A stretch of 64,000 bases of DNA. It comes from Selaginella moellendorffii (taxonomy: Eukaryota > Plantae > Lycopodiophyta). Both the position numbers and the translations under genes were made by a program. A model generated the notes under the pieces. It ran no database searches. It saw nothing but the letters and a program-made list of their open reading frames with translations, and had not been told where the DNA came from. Position 1 is the first letter of the stretch, and each line of letters opens with the position of its first letter. Shown piece by piece: positions 13,374 to 22,640 of the stretch. The DNA lies in contig NW_003314270.1 in assembly GCF_000143415.4 (NCBI RefSeq), positions 2,759,668 to 2,823,667 of the forward strand, in the 5' to 3' direction.

Positions 13374-13826
13374 TCACTTTGAGATTCCAAATCGCTTCTT
13401 GAGCCACCGGATGACGCTGAATCCCTTGCCCTTGCCGGTAGCGGCCGGGCACGATTTAATCGGGGGCTTGAGCTCCACCACTGGCGTCGCCGCGCCGGTC
13501 GTGTTTGTGCTGGTCGACTTGGAGAGATTGTGGTGATCCTTGAGCTCCAGCACGGGCGAGAAGATTTGCATGGCGGTGCCGACGGTGCTGCCCACGCTGC
13601 CCACGCTGCGGCTGCGGCTGAGCTGCGCGGTGGCCTTGGCGTCGCCATGATCGATCGTCGCGGAGATCGCCGAAATCTGTCCCAGCGGCGCCGGGTGCTC
13701 CATCCCGGCCGGATCTTGATCTTGCTTCCGGAACATACCTTGATCCGTGAATGTCCAATTCTCCGCCCAGCTCATCCCCGACGATCCCTGCCGCCGGAAC
13801 GAAATCCCTCTCGTCAGCGTTGCCAT
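13374..13826 (-). CDS. MASS/At1g15400-family protein (MAPK substrate family), single exon, 150 aa
   Basis: N-terminal ISFRRQGSSG motif, central SRSRS and basic C-terminus (WLKKRFG) are diagnostic of this family. Confidence 0.8.
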   Translation of the reverse strand: MATLTRGISFRRQGSSGMSWAENWTFTDQGMFRKQDQDPAGMEHPAPLGQISAISATIDHGDAKATAQLSRSRSVGSVGSTVGTAMQIFSPVLELKDHHNLSKSTSTNTTGAATPVVELKPPIKSCPAATGKGKGFSVIRWLKKRFGISK

Positions 13827-14198
13827 GGCAGCGAAATCTCTCGCGGGATCCCTGGATTCTACCGCTCTGCGCGATTTTCCAGAGAGATCCTTCGATCCCG
13901 CACGGCGCCACTACCTAGAATCTATCTATGCGATCGTGACGCTAGAGATTTTCGCAAAGCATCGCCATCGCGTGCTCGTCTCCCCCGTCTTCTTCCTCGT
14001 CACAGCAAACCAAGAAAACCAAGAACATATCGCCCTGTTTAAAAACCCCGTACGGCTGAGATTCGTGGAGAATATCCCCAGTTTATAAGAACGGATGGGA
14101 TTTGCCGCGAATATCCCCCACAACTGAGGGAATCTCCTTCCTTTTAGTGGGCATATAATTCCACCACTCACTCTCTTTTTACGTGTAGGGTTTCTGCG

Positions 14199-15740
14199 AT
14201 GAGGTTTGTCGTTCTCTTCTTTTTACTTTCGGACGATTGATCGATCGATTCTCTCGCAATTGCAGTGGAACAGCGCCAGCAGCAGCATCATCGGCCGCAA
14301 ATGTGGGATCGCTGGATTTAAATCCTCCCTCGATGGAGCTCCAGCGGCGGATCAAGGAGGCGACCGATACCCCGCGAGAGAATCAAAAGGATTTTCGCCT
14401 GGAGCATCTCAAACAGCTGCCCTGGCCCGACGCGGCTTACATCCGAGAGGCGAGGAGAAGAGTCCTTGACAAAGAAGGATTTATCATCGACATGGATGGA
14501 GTGATTTATCGTGGCGATCATTTGCTTCCAGGCGTCAATGAGGTACTCTATCAAATGTTCTCCCCTCTTTTTCTCTGGTTGTATGTGTTTGTGTTTACTT
14601 CTCCTTTTAGTAGCTAGTTTCCTTTTGAAAAGCTTGTACGTGTTGTTTGTGCTCGAAGTCCACCTCGATGATATGTGCTAATGCCACCCGTCAATCCTCA
14701 ATGCAGTTTGTAGCGTGGCTCACCGATCATGGAAAGCGTTTCGTCTTTCTTACGAATTCCAGTGACAAGACGCCAGACGAGCTACACAGAAAGCTCTCTC
14801 GTCTCGGCGTTGTTTCTCACGGATCTAATTTCTACACTTCAGCAATGGTAAGCAAGCCTTTTAGTTTCTACGTATCCAGCTAAAACTCACAGTTTTCTTT
14901 TCAGGCAACGGCGGCCTTTCTTACAAGCCAAAAGCCGCAAGGCAGTGCTTACGTCATCGGAGATCCGGGTCTTCATCAGGTACGTGTAAAATCTGAATTT
15001 GAGATCGGAAAAAAGCTCAAGGGTGACTTGCAGGCGCTCTACGCTTGTGGATATGTTATGAACGATGTTAACCCGGACTATGTTGTGGTCGGCGAAACAC
15101 GCAACTACAGGTAAGAAACGAGGCCATTGAAGTTCTTGCTTTTATGTAAGAGTGGAATTTACAGCTATGAGAAAATAGAACACGCCGTGCATTTGGTTCT
15201 AAACGGCGCTAAACTTATAGGAACGAACTGCGATAAAACGGATCCGAGCCCTGCTTATCCAGGAGAGGTAGAATGTTTGCTTGTCTATACCCAGGAACAA
15301 ACGAAAACTAACGTAAGTAACTTTCAGGTCATACCAGCTGCTGGTTCATTGATAACTCCCATTGAGAAGGCCTCTGGCGTGAACGCTTATTTCGTTGGAA
15401 AGGTAAAGTCCTAGAAAACATGGATTGGATGACTGAAACCTTTTCTTACAGCCAAATCCTCTGATGATGAGGAGCGCTCTATCAGTGCTCGGAACGAAAA
15501 GAGTAGAGACTGTAATTATCGGCGATAGGATGGATACCGATATTCTAGGCGGCCTTGAGGTAAGATCGACTTTATTCAGCGAAAACAGATTCTAAACGTT
15601 TTCCGTTTTTCTAGGCTGGGATTGATTCTGTGCTCGTTCTCAGCGGGGTGACATCGTTGCAAGACACGAGGCAATGGTCTTTCCTGCCGCGGTTCGTGCT
15701 GCGTGGTATTTTTGATTTAGTAGACAGCAGCGGGAGCTAA
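14199..15740 (+). CDS. HAD-superfamily subfamily IIA phosphatase, NagD-like, multi-exon
   Basis: Motifs [33 protein letters not shown] and [16 protein letters not shown]. The start is inferred from a micro-exon ATGAG|gt at 14199; the alternative ATG is at 14333. Confidence 0.9.
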
Positions 15741-15741
15741 G

Positions 15742-16508
15742 TTAAGTTCTCAACCCGCCATTGTCATTCCTCGGTTTGCATTTTTGGAGCTCCAGCGCAA
15801 CCTGTAACGTGCGAAGAACAGTATTGACAACAGCGATTCTTTTCATGGACGAAGATCCAGATATTTTCTACGTACCGTCATGTAGCCGGGATGGGTGCCA
15901 ATGGCAGCGATCACCTGTCGAGCAGAGCTTATTTGGAGACAATTCCAAAGAAAGAAGACTTTGACGCACCGTTTCAAACTTTTCACCTCGGACGTTTAAG
16001 CGGACGACTTGCATTCCTTTGCGAACGGTGACGCCTTGGTAGACCTCTTGATCCGCGTAGACAACCGCGCTCGTTGCAATCAGCTGGTCGCCGACTTCTA
16101 CCAGGCCACTCTTCTCTGCGTTGCCTCCTGGTGAAACTTCGGCCACGAAAATGTTGCCTGCAGCGTCCTCCTCAAGGATCATGCCTGTTCGAAATGAAAC
16201 ATCAAAATAAGAAATGGAGGAGTGTTTGTTGCTTGTTCTTCTTCCTAGATATACAGACCCAAAGGTTTTCTTAGCTCCACTTTGACTCTGCTGCATCCGG
16301 GTGGAGGAGCATCTTCCGAGGAGCTGCTGCTGATTTGTGGTTGATTCGTTGGAGATGTTCTAAGAATGAATTTCTTGTGCTTGGGCAGAAGAATGGTCTT
16401 TTCACCTGCATAGAATTGGAAAGGATATGTATGCACACTACCTCGATTTCTAGCTAGGAGGATCCTTGTAGCACAGGAGCAGCAAGGCCATGGATTGACC
16501 AAGGCCAT
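15742..16508 (-). CDS. PDZ-domain protein with probable plastid transit peptide, 4 exons
   Basis: MALVNPW...Ser-rich leader, then VELRKPLG|MILEED...VSPGGNAEKSGLVEVGDQLIATS...FET|VIAAIGTHPGYMT|VALELQKC...LRT*. Splice sites are canonical. Confidence 0.8.
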
Positions 16509-16599
16509 GCCTTTTACCACACACCACTGATTTAAATGAAATGGATATTCTTTAAATGGTAGAAAGCCGGTCGATCCCTTAACAACTCAACACTGTGCC

Positions 16600-16790
16600 T
16601 CTTGCGGCCCAGGGAAGAGATGGATGCGTTCGAGCAGCAGCTCCGCTGCGCGAGCCAAAGCCAGAGATTCCACTTCCCTTCGTCCGAGGGAGCTGTGTGG
16701 GAGGCAGATCAAGTTTTGGATTGCATAATAAAAAGGCGCTGCAGGATGAGATCCAGAAGCTCGAAGCCCATGAGCTGCTTCGATGGATCC
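16600..16790 (+). pseudogene. Relic C-terminus of an older paralogue of the 7TM gene (second copy ~20255-20430)
   Basis: RPREEMDAFEQQL...SQRFHFPSSEGAVWEA and QDEIQKLE align to RPKEEMDNFEQEL...SQRIHFPSSEGAIWEA...DEIRKLE of the adjacent gene. Confidence 0.75.
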
Positions 16791-16915
16791 GTGATCTACG
16801 AGACCAGGCAAAGTTCCAGGACCAAGAGGTGATAAAGAATTAATAATCTCGGGTTGAGAAAGTCAAGAACGAGGGCTGGAAGAACAGATAGAGATCGAGC
16901 GAGTTTCCCTCGTCC

Positions 16916-18098
16916 ATGGCGTCTGGATGTTGCAACCAAGGGTGTTACATGAAAGTGGTGCCCAGTGATCCAGACACTCCCTACGACTTCACACTCTTGG
17001 CATTTGCTTTGGCCGCGACAATTCCATTCATCGTGGCGAATGGCGCGCTCTTCGCCCATCGCGGGCGCTCCTACTTTCGAGCGCAGGGAGGTGTGTATCT
17101 CATCCTAGGGAGTTCGCTAGCGGGCTTAGTCTGGATAGCATCCCAGTTCGTCAACAATGACCACTTCAGCAGGATCGGGCCGCTCAGGAGCTGCTTGCTG
17201 TGGACGTTCTGGCTCCAGGGGACGGCTATTTGCCTGTGGTTCGTGCTCACTATTCTCCGGCTTGCTCGGATGTACGAGCTCAGCAAGAACATCGACAACT
17301 GGTCGTGGAAATACTACGTTTTCGTCGCCCTGTGCCTGCTTCCCAACGTCATCCTGTCCACCGTTGCTAGCTTGAGTGACTTCCATGAACACGAGAGAAG
17401 GTACAGTTCATGGCTTGCGATGTTTCACCTCTTTCTCTCTCGGACTGATTGCTCTTGATGCCAGCGTTCGGTTGTGCAAGCTAAGCAAGAACTGGAAAAC
17501 CACCGTCTTCTCCGTGTATACTCCATACTGGCTGGTGCTCATCTTCTTCATCTATAAGCTGCGCAAGCAGGAGGATCCACTGCTATCTACCGAGTACAGG
17601 GACACTGTGGACTACTTGGCTGTGACTATCGTCATTATCATGCTCGCCAGCATGGCGGATGTGACGATAACTAGCGATACTATCCCTGGCAGATGCGCCC
17701 TAACGTTTTCAACATGCTGCCTCGTGTTCTTCAACTTTTGGATACGCTTCGGGTGGCCGATTTATCTGTGTCTCTTCAGGCCCAAAGAGGAGATGGACAA
17801 CTTCGAGCAGGAGCTAACTTACGGTGGTGCCCAAGCTCTGGACATGGTTTGCAGCCAAAGGATACACTTCCCTTCCAGTGAAGGTGCTATTTGGGAAGCT
17901 TTCTCCAAAGCTAGTGACGATCGGGACAGATACAAGGTATAGCTTGCTTCTATCTCTTCTTCTTCTTGCTCTCTAGCTAATGCTACACTGAAACAGGATG
18001 AAATACGGAAGCTGGAATTGCAGAAAGCGTTGCTGGAAGGGAAGATCCTAGAGTTACAAATGCAAAAGAGAAAAGCACTTGGATCTGGTCACTCTTAA
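16916..18098 (+). CDS. Seven-transmembrane protein similar to the 7TM domain of plant RGS1, with coiled-coil tail and no RGS domain (copy A)
   Basis: Exons 16916-17400, 17465-17936, 17997-18098. Seven hydrophobic segments; MASGC start, CLLWTFWLQG, LLP, ECL2 Cys; tail DEIRKLELQKALLEGKILELQ. Confidence 0.75.
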
Positions 18099-18476
18099 AG
18101 TTAATCTCTCAATTGACTTTTTTCTTTCTTTTTGATTCTTTACTTGACTTTCAGTCCAGACTTATCTTCATCATTATATATATAGAGAGATATTTAAATA
18201 TCTATAGAAAATTATAAAGCAAAATAACTACACTTAATTAGAAAACTTGAAATAACTGCTTACACTATCAGGAGATTGAAAGAATACTTATTACCATGAA
18301 GTCGTTAATTTTTCTCTGTACAATAAACATCAAACTCGTGAGTGTTACAAAGAGCCATCCCAAAATCGCGCTCGCGGATCAGGAGAAACGAAAAATGAAG
18401 AAAAAAGAGAAACTAGAAATCCCTTTTGGTGTGGTGTCAGTGGTGTTGGTTTGTTGTCTGTCACAGCCCCGATGGA

Positions 18477-20172
18477 TCAATCCTCCATGTTCCCCTGCAA
18501 TATGGACAGCTCCCCTTCCTTCATAAGTATGTCCTCCTCCAGGAGATGAACTCTTCGCTTGAGCACTTCCACCTCGGCACTCATTCGCAGGGCCTCTCGT
18601 CCCAATTGCTCCGCCTCGCTTTTGATCGAGTCCCTCTCCTTTCTCGTTCTCACCAGCTCCTCCTTGACTTTGCTCCAGTCCTGGACCCGATCGTTCAGTC
18701 CGCGTTGGAGCCAAGTTATCTTCTCCTCCTTCTCGGCAAGCTGTGCAAACATCACCCAAGTTCTACCATCAGAAAAGCAAATAAATGCGAGAGAGAGAGA
18801 GAGATGGAGTACCTTGTGCTCGAGGCTAATCACTCGCTGGGCGGCCTCGTCCACGAGTGCTTGCAGCTTCACAGCGTCCTTCTTCAGCACGAAACGATCC
18901 TCCACGGTCCTTTTCGTTTCAACGTCTTGGTGCTCGAGCTCCACTTCTCGCGCGCACAGCTTCTCCCTCAACAGCACGCAATGCATGTCTTGCACCTTGA
19001 GCCATGAGCTCCTCTTTCAAATCGTTAGGTTGCTCTTTCATCTGGACAAAGCACAATCACAGTTTGATTAGAACAAAGTAGCCACGACAAAGCTTTTACC
19101 TGCTCCAGCTCGGTCTCGCTTTTCTGGCAAAGCTCCGATTCTTGTTTGAGCCTCGTTTGAAGGTCCACAATCTCCTTCTCCTTTGCATTGTACAGCCTGA
19201 ACAGCTCTTCATTTCTACCCGTCAGTCGTTGGATCCGTGTCTCGAGCGTCTTTCTGGCCTCGGACATGTTTTGCTCCAGCCCCTGAATCGTCACATCCTT
19301 TTTCCCGCACTCCGTACGCGCTGCAAAAGCTCTGATTCACGCTCCAGCAACTTGTCTTTCATCAATTCCAGTCGCTCGCTCATTTGGTTGAGCTGCTCGG
19401 CAGACACCTGCACATTGTCGGACTGATATGGTAAGATGCCAAGAGCAAAAAAGATAAAGCGCTCTCACCTCTAAACACTTTTGAACGTCGCACTCCGTGT
19501 CTTCATTCCCGTCCTCGCTTACCCTTTTCCTGAAGGCCGCCTGCTTGGCTACGATTCCCTGTAGGAGCCTGTTCGTCTTCACTACAGCTTGTAACCGTGT
19601 TTCTAGCCATTTGAAATCTTTGTCTTTATCCTGTAGCTGCAGCTTCCGCTTCGCGATCTCGTCCTGTAAGCTTTTGACCTCCTTGTCGACATTTTTCTTA
19701 CGCGATTCCATTTCGCGGATAGAGTCGGTTTTTGTCTTCTCCTCCCTCAATGCTTCTACCAGGCCACTCTTCTCTGCGTTGCCTCCTGGTGAAACTTCGG
19801 CCACGAAAATGTTGCCTGCAGAGTCCTCCTCAAGGATCATGCCTGTTCGAAATGAAACATCAAAATAAGAAATGGAGGAGTGTTTGTTGCTTGTTCTTCT
19901 CCTTAGATATACAGACCCAAAGGTTTTCTTAGCTCCACTTTGACTCTGCTGCATCCGGGTGGAGGAGCATCTTCCGAGGAACTGCTGCTGCTGATGATTT
20001 GTGGTTGATTCGTTGGAGATGTTCTAAGAATGAATTTCTTGTGCTTGGGCAGAAGAACGGTCTTTTCACCTGCATAGAATTGGAAAGGATATATATGCAC
20101 ACTACCTGGATTTCTAGCTAGGAGGATCCTTGTCGCACAGGAGCAGCAAGGCCATGGATTGACCAAGGCCAT
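18477..20172 (-). pseudogene. Chimeric gene at the duplication junction: PDZ gene 5' part fused in frame to coiled-coil gene 3' part; frameshift at ~19325
   Basis: ...GGNAEKSGLVE|ALREEKTKTDS... reads through the junction. A4 at 19325-19328 versus A5 at 23149-23153 gives an early TGA at 19291-19293. Confidence 0.75.
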
Positions 20173-20569
20173 GCCTTTACCACACACCCCTGATTTAAAT
20201 GAAATGGATATTCTTTAAATGGTAGAAAGCCGCGTGGCCCGTCTATCAGCAGTGTGCCCCAAGGGAAGAGATGGATGCGTTCGAGCAGCAGCTGACCAGC
20301 GCCGCTGCGCGAGCCAAAGCCAGAGATTCCGCTTCCCTTCGTCCGAGGGAGCTGTGTGGGAGGCAGATCTAATAAAAAAGCGCTGCAGGATGAGATCCAG
20401 AAGCTCGAAGCCCAGGAGCTGCTTCTCCAGGAGAAGATGGATCCGTGATCTATGAGACCAGGCAAAGTTCCAACACCAAGAGGTGATAAAGAAGTAATAA
20501 TCTCAGGTTGAGAAAGTCAAGAACGGGGGCTGGAAGAACAGATAGAGGTCGAGCGAGTTGCCCTCGTCC

Positions 20570-21749
20570 ATGGCGTCTGGATGTTGCAACCAAGGGTGTT
20601 ACATGAAAGTGGTGCCCAGTGATCCAGACACTCCCTACGACTTCACACTCCTGGCATTTGCTTTGGCCGCGACAATTCCATTCATCGTGGCGAATGGCGC
20701 GCTCTTCGCCCATCGCGGGCGCTCCTACTTTCGAGCGCAGGGAGGTGTGTATCTCATCTTAGGGAGTTCGCTAGCGGGCTTAGTCTGGATAGCATCCCAG
20801 TTCGTCAACAATGACCACTTCAGCAGGATCGGGCCGCTCAGGAGCTGCTTGCTGTGGACGTTCTGGCTCCAGGGGACGGCTATTTGCCTGTGGTTCGTGC
20901 TCACTATTCTCCGGCTTGCTCGGATGTACGAGCTCAGCAAGAACATCGACAACTGGTCGTGGAAATACTACGTTTTCGTCGCCCTGTGCCTGCTTCCCAA
21001 CGTCATCCTGTCCACCGTTGCTAGCTTGAGTGACTTCCATGAACACGAGAGAAGGTACAGTTCATGGCTTCCGATGTTTCATCTCTTTCTCTCTCGGACT
21101 GATTGCTCTTGATGCCAGCGTTCGGTTGTGCAAGCTAAGCAAGAACTGGAAAACCACCGTCTTCTCCGTGTATACTCCATACTGGCTGGTGCTCATCTTC
21201 GTCATCTATCAGCTGCGCAACCAGGAGGATCCACTGCTATCTACCGAGTACAGGGACACTGTGGACTACTTGGCTGTAACTACCGTCATTGTCATGCTCG
21301 GCGGCATGCCGGATTGGACGATCACTAGCGATACTATCCCAGGCAGATGCGCCCTAACGTTTTCGACATGCTGCCTCGTGTTCTTCAACTTTTGGATACG
21401 CTTCGGGTGGCCGATTTATCTGTGTCTCTTCAGGCCCAAAGAGGAGATGGACAACTTCGAGCAGGAGCTAACTTACGGTGGTGCCCAAGCTCTGGACATG
21501 GTTTACAGCCAAAGGATACACTTCCCTTCCAGTGAAGGTGCTATTTGGGAAGCTTTCTCCAAAGCTAGTGACGATCGGGACAGATACAAGGTAGGGCTTG
21601 CTTCTATCTTTTCTTCTTGTTGCTCTCTAGCTAATGCTACACTGAAACAGGATGAAATACGGAAGCTAAAATTGCAGAAAGCGTTGCTGGAAGGGAAGAT
21701 CCTAGAGTTACAAATGCAAAAGAGAAAAGCATTTAGATCTCAGGAATGA
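20570..21749 (+). CDS. RGS1-like 7TM protein without RGS domain (copy B)
   Basis: Same three-exon structure as copy A. Open frame ending ...QKRKAFRSQE*. Confidence 0.75.
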
Positions 21750-21868
21750 CCCGCATCCCATCCTCCACCAGATTCTAAAATATGCCGTTTTAATTGACTT
21801 TTTTCTTTCTTTTTTTATTCTTTACTTGACTTTCAATCTAGATCTATCTTTGTCATTATATATAAAGA

Positions 21869-22027
21869 TGTGAAGTCAAAATATACAATTACAAAGCATA
21901 GTGGGATTTTAGTAATTATTGAATTGGTTTCAATATGGAACATTCACTCTTATATATAAATTAAGGTTTATAGGTTAATTGGTATGTATATTTTCTATAT
22001 TCCCTTTGCATATTTCAAACACTTACA
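21869..22027 (+). mobile_element. Degenerate solo LTR related to the LTR at 60432-60607
   Basis: TGTGA...TTACA ends. Shares agtgggatttt.gta, attggtttcaat and attttctatattcccttt with 60432-60607. Absent from duplication copy A. Confidence 0.75.
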
Positions 22028-22293
22028 GAGTATTTATAAAAAATTATAAAGCAAATTAACTACACTTAATTAGAAAACTTTAAATAACTGCTTTGAAAGA
22101 ATACTTATTACCATGAAGTCGTTAATTTTTCTCTGTACAATAAACATCAAACTCGTGAGTGTTACAAAGAGCCATCCCAAAATCGCGCTCGCGGATCAGG
22201 AGAAACGAAAAATGAAGAAAAAAAAGAAACTAGAAATCCCTTTTGGTGTGGTGTCAGTGGTGTTGGTTTGTTGTCTGTCACAGCCCCGATGGA

Positions 22294-22600
22294 TCAATCC
22301 TCCATGTTCCCCTGCAATATGGACAGCTCCCCTTCCTTCATAAGTATGTCCTCCTCCAGGAGATGAACTCTTCGCTTGAGCACTTCCACCTCGGCACTCA
22401 TTCGCAGGGCCTCTCGTCCCAATTGCTCCGCCTCGCTTTTGATCGAGTCCCTCTCCTTTCTCGTTCTCACCAGCTCCTCCTTGACTTTGCTCCAGTCCTG
22501 GACCCGATCGTTCAGTCCGCGTTGGAGCCAAGTTATCTTCTCCTCCTTCTCGGCAAGCTGTGCAAACATCACCCAAGTTCTACCATCAGAAAAGCAAATA

Positions 22601-22640
<40 letters not shown>

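Noticed and set aside
15742-16508. MET1/ZKT orthologue
   Set aside because: It shares a PDZ domain and ATSAV but has no TPR region, and the downstream sequence differs.
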